A stretch of 64,000 nt of DNA from Acidimicrobiia bacterium (GCA_035461905.1 DATHUV010000129.1:1078-65077), one strand, 5' to 3'. Numbered from the stretch's first letter, positions 36,210 through 47,501 are shown. Program-made: numbers and translations. The notes: generated from the sequence alone by a model not told the origin.

Positions 36210-38213
36210 ATGAGATCGAGCCTTACCCTCCTCCTGACGTCCGTTGCCATTGCCGTTGCGGCGTGTACCCCTGCATCGGAGGGCACACCCTTGACGACGG
36301 CACCGCTTGACACGACCTCGACGACGTACTCCGGAGAGTCCTTCGCAGGAACCGTCGACGCTCCGGAGTTCCCGACGGGTCTCGAATGGATCAACACGCC
36401 CGGACCGCTGACGCTCGACGACCTGCGGGGAAAGGTCGTGCTCCTCGACTTCTGGACCTACGGCTGCATCAACTGCATCCACATCCTGCCCGACCTCGAG
36501 CGCCTCGAGTCCGAGTACCCGGACGAGCTGATCGTCGTGGGGGTCCACTCCGCGAAGTTCCCGAACGAGGGTGAGACGACGAACCTGCGCGACATCGTCC
36601 AGCGCTACGACATCAAGCACCCCGTCGTCAACGACAAGGACTTCGACGTCTGGGACTCGTGGGGAGCAAACGCATGGCCGACCGTGGCCCTCATCGACCC
36701 GACAGGGCGCGCCGTGGGTATCCGTGCGGGCGAAGGCGTCTACGAAGCCGTGGAGCCGGTGATCGCGGGCCTCGTCGCCGAGTTCGACGCCCAACAGGCG
36801 ATCAACCGCGACCCGATCGACCTCGCACTCGAGGCCGACAACGCCCCGAGACGGCCCGTCGCCTATCCGGGCAAGGTGCTCGCCCACGAAGGACGCCTCT
36901 GGATCTCGGACACCGGGCATCACCGGGTCATCGAAGCAGACCCCGTCACCGGCGACGTCCTGGCGGCCTACGGCACGGGCACCAGGGGATCGGACGACGG
37001 CCCTGCCCTCGAAGCTTCCTTCAACAACCCCCACGGGCTCACGGTGGGCGACGGCGGGCTCTTCGTGGCCGATACGGGTAACCATCTCATCAGGAGGATC
37101 GACCTCGCGACCGGCGAGGTTACGACCGTTGCCGGGACGGGTGAGCAGGGCTGGCCACCGACGTCAGGAAGCCTGCGGGGAACGTCGCTTGCCAGCCCGT
37201 GGGCGGTTGCATGGTCGAACGGTCTGCTCTACATCGCCAACGCGGGGACGCACCAGCTCTGGCGAGCGGAGCTGGCGTTCGACACGATGGGTCCCTACGT
37301 GGGCAGTGCGCGCGAGGGGACACTGAACGGACCGTTCTCCACCGCGGAACTCGCCCAGCCGTCGAGCCTCACGCTCTCGGATGAGGGACTCCTCTACTTC
37401 GCCGACTCGGAGTCGTCAGCGATCCGGGTGGCCGACCTGCGGTCGGAGGAGACCGCGCTCGTCATCGGCAGCGATTCCGGCTTGTTCGATTTCGGCGACG
37501 TCGATGGCACCGGGAGCGATGCCAGGCTGCAGCATCCCCTCGGCACTGCAATCGACGGAGGCACTCTCTACGTCGCGGACACCTACAACTCGAAGATCAA
37601 GAGGGTCGACCTCACAACGGGCACCGTCACGACATGGCTCGGCGACGGCGCGGGATTCGCGGACGGCGATACGCCCCTCTTCAACGAACCGGGAGGCCTG
37701 TCGGTCGCCGACGGCATTCTGTACGTCGCAGACACGAACAACCATTCCGTGCGGACCATCGACCTCGCGACCGGCTCCACGTCCACCCTCATCCTGAAGG
37801 GAATCGAGGGGTTCGACCCACCTTCGGCGTACCGGGGCGAGCTCGTGAACCTCGATCCTTTGACCGTGGCTTCCGGTGAGGCGTCCCTCGTGCTCGAGTA
37901 CGAGCTGCCCGAGGGCTACAAGGTCAACGACGAGGCACCCTCGTCGGTTGTCATCTCCGCGGGTGCGTCCCTCGCTTCCTTTCCCGGTGGTGACTCCGTC
38001 GACATCACCGGCACGCTGGTACCGGTGGCGGTCCCCATCCAACTCGTGGAGGGAGTCGGGACACTGCAGTTCGACGTGACCCTCATCTACTGCGAGGCCG
38101 TGAACACAACCCTGTGCCTCATCGACCAGGTGCGATACTTCCAGCCCGTAGAGATCGGCCCCCCTGGAGACTCGGATCGCATCGTCCTCGAGCGAACCAT
38201 CCGCCGCCCCTGA
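36210..38213 (+). CDS. lipoprotein with thioredoxin-like (TlpA/redoxin) domain fused to an NHL-repeat beta-propeller
   Basis: Lipobox AVAACT. Redoxin CxxC in VVLLDFWTYGCINCIHILPDL. Repeated NHL-type segments (P.G....G.LYVADT.NH.IR). Confidence 0.8.
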   Translation: MRSSLTLLLTSVAIAVAACTPASEGTPLTTAPLDTTSTTYSGESFAGTVDAPEFPTGLEWINTPGPLTLDDLRGKVVLLDFWTYGCINCIHILPDLERLESEYPDELIVVGVHSAKFPNEGETTNLRDIVQRYDIKHPVVNDKDFDVWDSWGANAWPTVALIDPTGRAVGIRAGEGVYEAVEPVIAGLVAEFDAQQAINRDPIDLALEADNAPRRPVAYPGKVLAHEGRLWISDTGHHRVIEADPVTGDVLAAYGTGTRGSDDGPALEASFNNPHGLTVGDGGLFVADTGNHLIRRIDLATGEVTTVAGTGEQGWPPTSGSLRGTSLASPWAVAWSNGLLYIANAGTHQLWRAELAFDTMGPYVGSAREGTLNGPFSTAELAQPSSLTLSDEGLLYFADSESSAIRVADLRSEETALVIGSDSGLFDFGDVDGTGSDARLQHPLGTAIDGGTLYVADTYNSKIKRVDLTTGTVTTWLGDGAGFADGDTPLFNEPGGLSVADGILYVADTNNHSVRTIDLATGSTSTLILKGIEGFDPPSAYRGELVNLDPLTVASGEASLVLEYELPEGYKVNDEAPSSVVISAGASLASFPGGDSVDITGTLVPVAVPIQLVEGVGTLQFDVTLIYCEAVNTTLCLIDQVRYFQPVEIGPPGDSDRIVLERTIRRP

Positions 38214-38224
38214 GACGACCCTCT

Positions 38225-38282
38225 CCTGTTCTTGCGTAACTGGGTTCCACCCATGAGTGGAACCCAGTTACGCAAGAACAGG
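38225..38282. terminator. perfect 26-bp-arm inverted repeat with 6-nt loop; candidate bidirectional factor-independent terminator
   Basis: CCTGTTCTTGCGTAACTGGGTTCCAC-ccatga-GTGGAACCCAGTTACGCAAGAACAGG lies between convergent genes (stops at 38213 and 38297). There is no flanking U-tract. Confidence 0.55.
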
Positions 38283-38296
38283 CGGGTGGAGTGGTG

Positions 38297-38767
38297 TCAG
38301 GTCGATTCGACCGTGTCTTCGCTCGTGAGCGACGGCGACGTCGAGTCGCGACCATTCATCCCGTTCGTCGGGGTGACGTGCATGACGGGTCGCGGCATCG
38401 ACTGGGTCTGGGGCTGATCGACTGTCTCCTCGAGCATGACGATCTCGACGCCACCCACGACATCGGAGATGAGGTTGTAGAGGACCGCCGTGAGGGTCAT
38501 GAGGCCGGTGGCGATGATCACGCCCACGATCGCGAGCATCACGACGACGCGGAAGTACAGGTCACCGTCGGGTGTGAAGGCGATCGTCAGCCGGCTGAAT
38601 GTGTCGACGAATGCATCCGGAATGCCCCGCTGCACCGCAATGGACCACGCCACCCACACGCCGAGCGTCCACACGAGACCCCACACCGTGTTGAGCACGA
38701 GCGTGACCCTGAGAACGGTCCACGGGTCGATTTTCCGAATGATGCGACGTACGCGACGTACGGCCAT
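38297..38767 (-). CDS. DUF3566-domain membrane protein (Rv0007-like, gyrA-linked)
   Basis: MAVRRVRRIIRKIDPWTVLRVTLVLNTVWGLVW... is the typical DUF3566 start. Conserved position immediately downstream of gyrA. Confidence 0.75.
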   Translation of the reverse strand: MAVRRVRRIIRKIDPWTVLRVTLVLNTVWGLVWTLGVWVAWSIAVQRGIPDAFVDTFSRLTIAFTPDGDLYFRVVVMLAIVGVIIATGLMTLTAVLYNLISDVVGGVEIVMLEETVDQPQTQSMPRPVMHVTPTNGMNGRDSTSPSLTSEDTVEST

Positions 38768-38910
38768 GTTGGACCCTCCCTGGCCCGATGAGTGTATCGG
38801 CGAGGACCCTTCACTCCCTGCAATCCCGATCATGTGGGCGCCGCCGGGAGTTCATCGCGCGGACCAAGCGTCACCTGCCAGCCGGACAACTCCCCCGACC
38901 ATCGTATGGA

Positions 38911-41373
38911 TCAGGACGGCTGGTCGTCCGGGTCGTCCGCGTGGCCGCCGTTCTGGGCTGCAACGGCGACAGCCGACAGAGTCGCACCCTTTGCGAGGTT
39001 CATGATCTTGACGCCCATCGAGTTGCGGCCGTACCGGTTGATGTTCTTGACGATCTGGCGAATCACGATTCCATCGGACGATGTGATGACGACCTCGTCA
39101 GACTCGACGACCGCCCGTGCGGTGGCAAGGGAGCCCCTCGTGGACACGACCTTGATCGCCTTCACGCCAAGCCCTGCGCGATGCTTGACGGGGAAGTCAG
39201 AAATCTTCGTCCGCTTCCCGTAGCCGCCCGTCGTGAGGAGTAGCACGTCGTCACCTTCCTCCGCGATGGCTGCGCCGACGACCGCGTCGCCTTCCCTGAG
39301 TCTGATCCCGATGACACCTTGGGAGGCCCTGCCCGTGGCTCGCACCTCACCCTCCGCGAACCGGATCCCCTGACCGTCGCGTGTGAACATCAACAGATCT
39401 GATGAGCCGTTCGTCTGGCGCACTGCGACGACTTCGTCGTCGTCCGTGAGGTTGATCGCCACGAGGACCTGGTTGCGCGAGTCGTAGTCGGAGAACCTCG
39501 ACTTTTTGACCTGGCCGTTCCTCGTGAACATCACGAGGAACCGGCTCGTCTCGTAGTCCCTGGTGTCGATGATCGCCTGGACGAACTCATCCGCATCGAG
39601 GGGCATCACCGACTGGACCATCACCCCCTTGGCCGTGCGGTCCTTGCGAGGGATCTCGTGGGCCCTGATGCGATACACCTTGCCGCGATTCGTGAAGAAG
39701 AGCAGGTAGGCGTGCGCCGATGTGTGCATCAGGTGCGTGACGACATCGTCGTCGCGCAAGCCCGCTCCACGCACGCCGCGCCCCCCGCGCCCCTGGGTCT
39801 TGTAGGCCGCAGCGATGACCGACTTGACGTACCCTGCCGCGGACATGGACACGACGATCTCCTCGTCTGCGATGAGGTCCTCGAGGGACATGTCACCGGC
39901 ATCCGGGATGATCTGGGAGCGGCGGGCATCAGCGAACTTCTCCCTGACATCACCGAGCTCGGTGGCGATCAGGGCCCGCCGCTTCTCCTCGTGCGCCAGG
40001 AGGTCCTCGAGATGGGCGATCGTCGCCTCCAGCTCCTCGAGCTCCTCGCGGAGCTTGTTCGTCTCGAGGGCGGTGAGGCGACGCAGCGGCATGTCGAGGA
40101 TGTGGTTCGCCTGGATCTCGGAGAGGCTGAACTCCTCCATGAGGGCGGCTCGTGCAGCGTCGACGTTCGCTGACGAGCGGATGATCTGGACGACCCTGTC
40201 GATGTTGTCGAGCGCGATGAGCAGGCCGCGTACGATGTGCGCCCTCGCCTCGGCCCGTGCGAGCCGGAAACGTGACCGGCGTTCGATGACCTCGAGCTGG
40301 TGATCAACGTAATGGTGGACCATCTGGGCCAGGTTGAGGGTGCGTGGTACGCCATCGACGAGGGCGACGTTGTTCACCGAGAACGTGTCCTCGAGCTGGG
40401 TTGCCTTGAACAGCTGATTGAGGATGACCTGGGGGTTCGCATCCTTCCTGAGCTCGATGACGAGGCGTGTTCCGTGCCGGTCGGATTCGTCGCGCAGGTC
40501 GGCGATTCCGGTGAGGGTCTTGGCGCGCACGAGATCGGCGATCCGCTCCATGATCCTGTCCCGCGACACCTGGTACGGGATCTCCGAGACGACGACCGCC
40601 ATTCGCCCCTTGCGGAGTTCCACGATGTCGGTGACGGCACGGATCCGGATGGAGCCACGACCCGTGGCGAGGGCATCGACGACGCCTTTGTTGCCGACGA
40701 TGTACGCCCCTGTGGGGAAGTCGGGACCCTTGACGAACTGCATCAGGTCCTCGACGGTCGCATGGGGGTTGTCGAGCGCGTGGAGGACCGCGTCGCACAC
40801 TTCGCCGAGGTTGTGCGGTGCCATGTTCGTTGCCATGCCAACCGCGATTCCCGTTGAACCGTTGACGAGCAGGTTCGGGAACCTGCCTGGCAGGACCTCG
40901 GGCTCCTCTCGCTCGCCCGAATAGTTGTCCTTGAAGTCGACGGTGTCCTCGTCGATGCCCTCGAGCATGTGTGCGGCGAGTTTGGAGAGCCTGGCCTCGA
41001 CGTACCGCATCGCCGCAGGTGGGTCGTCCACGGTCCCGAAGTTCCCTTGCGGATCGATGAGCGGGTAGCGCGATGCGAAGTCCTGCCCCAGCCGGACCAT
41101 CGCGTCGTAGACAGCCTCCGGTGCGTGCGGGTGGAACCAACCGACGACGTCACCGACAACGCGTGACGCCTTGCGATACGGGGTGCCCGGCCGGATGCCG
41201 GAATCCCACATGGAGTACAGGACACGCCGGTGCACGGGCTTGAGCCCGTCCCTCACGTCGGGGAGCGCACGCGAGACGATGACCGACATCGCGTACTCGA
41301 GGAACGAGTCGCGCATCTCCGTCTCGATGTTGATCGGTTGGCTGTGCTCGGGAGTGATGTCGCCGTTTGGCAT
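38911..41373 (-). CDS. gyrA: DNA gyrase subunit A
   Basis: 820 aa with EMRDSFLEYAMSVIVSRALPDVRDGLKPVHRR, the active-site Tyr region AAMRYVEARL and C-terminal beta-pinwheel repeats. Confidence 0.97.
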   Translation of the reverse strand: MPNGDITPEHSQPINIETEMRDSFLEYAMSVIVSRALPDVRDGLKPVHRRVLYSMWDSGIRPGTPYRKASRVVGDVVGWFHPHAPEAVYDAMVRLGQDFASRYPLIDPQGNFGTVDDPPAAMRYVEARLSKLAAHMLEGIDEDTVDFKDNYSGEREEPEVLPGRFPNLLVNGSTGIAVGMATNMAPHNLGEVCDAVLHALDNPHATVEDLMQFVKGPDFPTGAYIVGNKGVVDALATGRGSIRIRAVTDIVELRKGRMAVVVSEIPYQVSRDRIMERIADLVRAKTLTGIADLRDESDRHGTRLVIELRKDANPQVILNQLFKATQLEDTFSVNNVALVDGVPRTLNLAQMVHHYVDHQLEVIERRSRFRLARAEARAHIVRGLLIALDNIDRVVQIIRSSANVDAARAALMEEFSLSEIQANHILDMPLRRLTALETNKLREELEELEATIAHLEDLLAHEEKRRALIATELGDVREKFADARRSQIIPDAGDMSLEDLIADEEIVVSMSAAGYVKSVIAAAYKTQGRGGRGVRGAGLRDDDVVTHLMHTSAHAYLLFFTNRGKVYRIRAHEIPRKDRTAKGVMVQSVMPLDADEFVQAIIDTRDYETSRFLVMFTRNGQVKKSRFSDYDSRNQVLVAINLTDDDEVVAVRQTNGSSDLLMFTRDGQGIRFAEGEVRATGRASQGVIGIRLREGDAVVGAAIAEEGDDVLLLTTGGYGKRTKISDFPVKHRAGLGVKAIKVVSTRGSLATARAVVESDEVVITSSDGIVIRQIVKNINRYGRNSMGVKIMNLAKGATLSAVAVAAQNGGHADDPDDQPS

Positions 41374-41388
41374 GCTCGTTCGACCGTC

Positions 41389-43398
<2,010 letters not shown>

Positions 43399-43746
43399 TT
43401 ACTGGCTTGGAAAATCCGGCGATGCGGCCCGATTCACACGAATCCTGACTCCGGTCACGAGTCCCTCTCCGTACCGCGTGCGAATCGCCTCGAGCAAGTC
43501 CGTCGTCTGGTACTGCAACAGCGACGCCGAGGCCCCGTCCGTGACATGGACGAGGAGCGAACCATCCCGCACCCCTATGGGTACCGACGTCGGCCAATCC
43601 CCGGGAGCGAAGACCTCCCATTCCGTCACGAGGTCGCCCTGGCGGACGTCCACGTCGACATGGGCGTGCTCGATGATCGAGCCGATGACGTCGCTGATCT
43701 CCTTCGGATCACGTCGATTCCCCTCACCGAGGTACTTCGCGCGCAT
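43399..43746 (-). CDS. DUF721-domain protein (DciA-like, Rv0004 position)
   Basis: Located between recF and gyrB as in other actinobacteria. The start shares one nt with the recF stop (TGATG). About 115 aa. Confidence 0.7.
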   Translation of the reverse strand: MRAKYLGEGNRRDPKEISDVIGSIIEHAHVDVDVRQGDLVTEWEVFAPGDWPTSVPIGVRDGSLLVHVTDGASASLLQYQTTDLLEAIRTRYGEGLVTGVRIRVNRAASPDFPSQ

Positions 43747-44834
43747 CACACGACCTTTCCGTCCCGGACCCGCCATCGCCGACCGCTGATCGGTACCTCA
43801 TCCTCTCTCGCGGTTGTGACAAAAACCTGTCCCGATGGGATAAGTGCGAGGACGCGGGATGCGCGGTCGTGATCGAGCTCGGAGAACACGTCGTCCAGGA
43901 GGAGGATCGGTGGCGTGTCGCGTACCTCTTCGATCAGCCGATGTGCGCCGATCCTCAGCGCGAGGGCAACGGTCCTCTGCTCCCCCTGGGAGGCGTGCGT
44001 GCGGGTGGGGCGTCCGTCGAGCGACAGTCCCGGCTCATCACGGTGTGGTCCGACTGTTGTGGTCCGCACATCCATGTCACGTTGCCTGCGGGCAGCCAGA
44101 GCCTCGCTGAGGGACTCTGAGAGCTCCGCTGGCGACTGAGCGTCCTCGGACCCCCAGGTGGAGCGATATGCCCACCTCAGGTCACCAGAGCCCCCGACCA
44201 CGACGTAGGCGTCGAGGAGGTGGGGTTGGAGATGGCGGGCCACCGTCCGTCGATGGGTCATCACGGCGGCACCCGCTGCGGAGAGGCGTTCGTCCCAGAC
44301 GTCGAGGGAGACGGGATCGGTCCGTCTCCCCTCCTGACGCAGAAGGGTGTTGCGTTGGCGCAAGATCCTGTCGTACTCCGAGAGGTCCGCGCTCGCCTGG
44401 GGCCAAAGGCTCGCTGCGAGGTCGTCGAGGTACTCGCGGCGGATTGCGGGTCCGCGTTTGATCACGTCGAGGTCATCGGGCAGGAACGCAACCACGGGGA
44501 CCGTGGCGAGTAGATCCCTCATCCGCGCGGGCCTCTTCCCATTCACGAGGACGGTACGACGACCCTCGAGCGGTGTCTCTATCTCAACGGTGGTCTCTGT
44601 CGCAGCACCGCCGATGCCAGCCCGCACGATCGAGGCGGATGCACCCGCCCGTACCAGGGCACTGTCCGGCACACCTCGGAAGGACTTCAGCATCCCGACG
44701 TAGGCGATCGCCTCGAGGACGGAGGTCTTTCCGACGCCGTTGTCCCCGACCAGGACATTGACCCCTGGCTCAGGACGGAAGTCGAGCTCGTCGTAGCAAC
44801 GCATGTCGCGCAACGTCAGCCACGACAGGTACAC
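43746..44834 (-). CDS. recF: DNA replication/repair protein RecF
   Basis: Walker A GDNGVGKTSVLEA and SMC-like signature SQGEQRTVALALR, with Walker B LLLDDVFSELD. Confidence 0.93.
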   Translation of the reverse strand: MYLSWLTLRDMRCYDELDFRPEPGVNVLVGDNGVGKTSVLEAIAYVGMLKSFRGVPDSALVRAGASASIVRAGIGGAATETTVEIETPLEGRRTVLVNGKRPARMRDLLATVPVVAFLPDDLDVIKRGPAIRREYLDDLAASLWPQASADLSEYDRILRQRNTLLRQEGRRTDPVSLDVWDERLSAAGAAVMTHRRTVARHLQPHLLDAYVVVGGSGDLRWAYRSTWGSEDAQSPAELSESLSEALAARRQRDMDVRTTTVGPHRDEPGLSLDGRPTRTHASQGEQRTVALALRIGAHRLIEEVRDTPPILLLDDVFSELDHDRASRVLALIPSGQVFVTTAREDEVPISGRRWRVRDGKVV

Positions 44835-44843
44835 GGTGGCGAC

Positions 44844-45923
44844 TCAGAGGCGTACGGGCATGAGGAGGTATCGGAAGTCGGCCGAGTCGGCACCGTGGAG
44901 AAGGCCTGGCTTGAGGGGATCCGACGTCTCGATGACGACCTTCTCATCGTCGACCGCGGCGACACCGTCGGTGAGGTACCGCGTGTTGAAGGCGATTGTC
45001 ATCTCCTGACCCGTGTACTCACCCTCGAGGAGCTCCGTCGCCTCGCCGACCTCCTGGCGGATGACGCTGAGCTCAACACCACCCTCGTGCATGGCGAGCC
45101 TCACCGGGATGTGGTCCTCCGCGACGAGCGCCGAGCGACCCACGGCTTCGAGCAGCGCCGCTTTCGAGACGGTCAGTCGGTTCGTGTGGCCCTCCGGGAG
45201 GAGCTGTCGGTAATTCGGGAAGGTAGCGTCGATGACCCTGACCGTCAGTCGTCCCTGAGCGGAGATGAACGCAGCCTCACGATCGCCGAGTGCGACCTTC
45301 ATCGAACCGGATCCGACGGTCCTCGAAAGCTCCCTGAGTGCTCTGTACGGGACGAGCTTGACGCCTTCAGCGGCAACACCGGGAACGTCGCGGACGGCGA
45401 GCCGATAGGAGTCTGTGGCGACGAGTCGCAGGGAACCCTCGTTCGCCTCGAACAACACCCCCGTGAGCGTGGGACGTGCATCGTCACCGGACGCGGCGAC
45501 CCCGACCTGCGCCAGTGCGTGCGTCAGGGCCGAACCGTCCACCTCGACGGCTCCGGTGGCGTCTGCGTCGGTGACCTTCGGATAGTCGTCGACGGACATC
45601 GCTCGCAGGTTGAAACGGGGACCGCTCCCTGTGATCTCGACCTGGGTCTCATCGGAGCTGAGACTGACGGCACCCGGTGGCAGCTTGCGGACTGCCTCCG
45701 CAGCGAGTTTGGCGGGGATCACGGTCCTCCCCTCCTCGGACACCTCGACGTCGAGGAAGGTCCTCACAGTGATCTCGTTGTCCGTTCCCGTCACGGTCAG
45801 CCGGCCGCCGGCCACCTCACACAGGACTCCCTGGAGGATGGGTAGCGGGGAACGCGTTCCGACGGCCCGGCCTGCGCGTGCCAGGACGTCTGCGAGTTCA
45901 TCTCGTTCTGCTCGGATGCGCAC
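44844..45923 (-). CDS. dnaN: DNA polymerase III beta sliding clamp
   Basis: 359 aa with three-domain clamp pattern and C-terminal LLMPVRL. GTG start. Confidence 0.95.
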   Translation of the reverse strand: MRIRAERDELADVLARAGRAVGTRSPLPILQGVLCEVAGGRLTVTGTDNEITVRTFLDVEVSEEGRTVIPAKLAAEAVRKLPPGAVSLSSDETQVEITGSGPRFNLRAMSVDDYPKVTDADATGAVEVDGSALTHALAQVGVAASGDDARPTLTGVLFEANEGSLRLVATDSYRLAVRDVPGVAAEGVKLVPYRALRELSRTVGSGSMKVALGDREAAFISAQGRLTVRVIDATFPNYRQLLPEGHTNRLTVSKAALLEAVGRSALVAEDHIPVRLAMHEGGVELSVIRQEVGEATELLEGEYTGQEMTIAFNTRYLTDGVAAVDDEKVVIETSDPLKPGLLHGADSADFRYLLMPVRL

Positions 45924-46109
45924 GATCTTCTTCCCCTGCTGTTGTTACTGATCTATGGATCTAAAGAGTAGATGTAGTAGTAGGCCCTGTGGATTGTGGA
46001 CATGTGTCCATGGACCCGGTGACCGAACGGATTACGAACTCGCGGTCAGTGTGGACCGATTCCGGGTTGTCCACTGCGCGGGCCTCGGTGAAATGCGAGG
46101 GTGGGGACA
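45924..46109. other. candidate chromosomal replication origin (oriC) in the dnaA-dnaN spacer
   Basis: AT-rich stretch at 45941-45983 (GTTGTTACTGATCTATGGATCTAAAGAGTAGATGTAGTAGTAG). Near-consensus DnaA boxes follow: TGTGGATTG 45988, TGTGGACAT 45995, TGTGGACCG 46050, TTGTCCACT 46067 and TTGTCCCCA 46118. Confidence 0.6.
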
Positions 46110-47501
46110 TCATCGTCTTGTCCCCAGCTGTTGGGTGATCTCCGTCACCTGGTCGTATATGGCTTTGTCCTCGAGGAGGAGGGCCTTGATCTTGTCGACC
46201 GCATGCATGACCGTCGTGTGATCCCTTCCCCCGAACGCCGCCCCGATCCTGGGGAGCGAGAGCCCTGTGTGCTCGCGGCAGACGTACATGGCGATCTGGC
46301 GCTGGCGGGCGAGGGGCTGACGGCGTGAACTGCTGGTGAGGTCGGAGACGGGTATCTCGTAGTACTGCGAGACGGTCGTGATGATTCCCTCTGCGGTCAG
46401 GGGTGCGGACTTTTGGAGTTGGACGACGTCCCGCAGCACGGTGGAGGCCAGATCGAGTGTCACACGCTGGCCGGTGAGCAGGGCGAATGCCGTCACCCTG
46501 GTGAGTGCTCCCTCGAGCTCTCGGATGTTGTCGAACACGTTCGATGCGATGAACTCCAGCACCTCGGAGGGAACCGGCACCTGACTTCCGGCGGCGTTCT
46601 TTCGCAGGATTGCGAGCCGGGTCTCGACATCGGGACTCTGAATATCGGTGGTGAGCCCCCACTCGAACCGACTTCGGAGCCGATCCTCGAGCGAGCGCAG
46701 TTCTCGAGGTGGCCTGTCAGACGAGATGACGAGCTGGTTGCCCGCTTCGTAGAGCGAATTGAACGTGTGGAAGAACTCCTCGAGGATCTGCTCCTTGCCT
46801 TCGAAGAACTGCACGTCGTCGAGGAGCAGGAGATCGACCTTTCGATAGCGCGACTTGAAGTCGTCCATCCGCTTGCGCCGGATCGAGTTGATGAAGTCGT
46901 TGAAGAAGGATTCAGAGGTCACATAGCGCACGGTCGCCGAGGGCTCGAGCTCGATGCGGTGCTGTCCGACCGCATGGAGCAGATGGGTCTTTCCGAGCCC
47001 GGCACCTGCATAGATGAATAGCGGGTTGTACTGGCGACCGGGTTGTTCGGCGACAGCCTGGGCCGCGGCGTGTGCGAAGCGATTCGATGGGCCGACGACG
47101 AAGTTCTCGAAGTTGTACCGGGCGACGAGGTTCGAGGTGTCGGCAGAACTCGTGAAGCGCTCCTCGCCGACGGACTCGTCGAGCGTCGGCTGGAAGGGGC
47201 GCGCTTCGGCTTCAGTCTCGAGCGTCGTCGGCTCGACGCTCGAGACGCTGATCCGAACCTCGATGGGCTCGGGCCACACCGAGCCTGCGATCTCGCGGAG
47301 CTGGTGGATGTAGTTGTCCGAGACCCAGGTCGCGTTGAACCTGTTCGGCGCCTCGAGCGTGACGGTGTCGTCGTCGACGGACAGGGCCAGCGGCTTTATC
47401 CAGGTCTCCCACTTCGCCACGCCGAGGATGTCTCGCATCCGGGCGTGGAACAGATCGATGTGTGAGTCGACGGCGCCTTGTGGCGCCTGTGTGAGTCCCA
47501 C
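46110..47501 (-). CDS. dnaA: chromosomal replication initiator protein DnaA
   Basis: AAA+ Walker A GAGLGKTHLL, box VII, and C-terminal DNA-binding domain (RQIAMYVCRE...GGRDHTTVMHA). GTG start at 47501 was chosen because GGGAGA lies 8 nt upstream and domain I (WETWIKPL) needs residues upstream of the first ATG at 47438. The ORF-track start at 47660 is probably too long. Confidence 0.93.
   Translation of the reverse strand: MGLTQAPQGAVDSHIDLFHARMRDILGVAKWETWIKPLALSVDDDTVTLEAPNRFNATWVSDNYIHQLREIAGSVWPEPIEVRISVSSVEPTTLETEAEARPFQPTLDESVGEERFTSSADTSNLVARYNFENFVVGPSNRFAHAAAQAVAEQPGRQYNPLFIYAGAGLGKTHLLHAVGQHRIELEPSATVRYVTSESFFNDFINSIRRKRMDDFKSRYRKVDLLLLDDVQFFEGKEQILEEFFHTFNSLYEAGNQLVISSDRPPRELRSLEDRLRSRFEWGLTTDIQSPDVETRLAILRKNAAGSQVPVPSEVLEFIASNVFDNIRELEGALTRVTAFALLTGQRVTLDLASTVLRDVVQLQKSAPLTAEGIITTVSQYYEIPVSDLTSSSRRQPLARQRQIAMYVCREHTGLSLPRIGAAFGGRDHTTVMHAVDKIKALLLEDKAIYDQVTEITQQLGTRR

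Noticed and set aside
35655-37085. 476-aa minus-strand ORF opposite the hypothetical and Trx-NHL genes
   Set aside because: No motifs and very high Arg/Gly/Val/Asp content. The + strand frame carries a lipobox, CxxC and NHL repeats.
16281-38213. Intact integrative element (integrase, transposase, conjugation genes) in the block bounded by the tRNA scar
   Set aside because: No tyrosine/serine recombinase, DDE transposase, relaxase or phage structural motifs were seen in any frame. Only a PIN remnant was found.
38087-38417. Mirror-image mini-ORFs (MRNWVPLMGGTQLRKNRR / MRNWVPPMSGTQLRKNRR) on both strands
   Set aside because: They are a direct consequence of the perfect palindrome at 38225-38282 and are not independent coding evidence.
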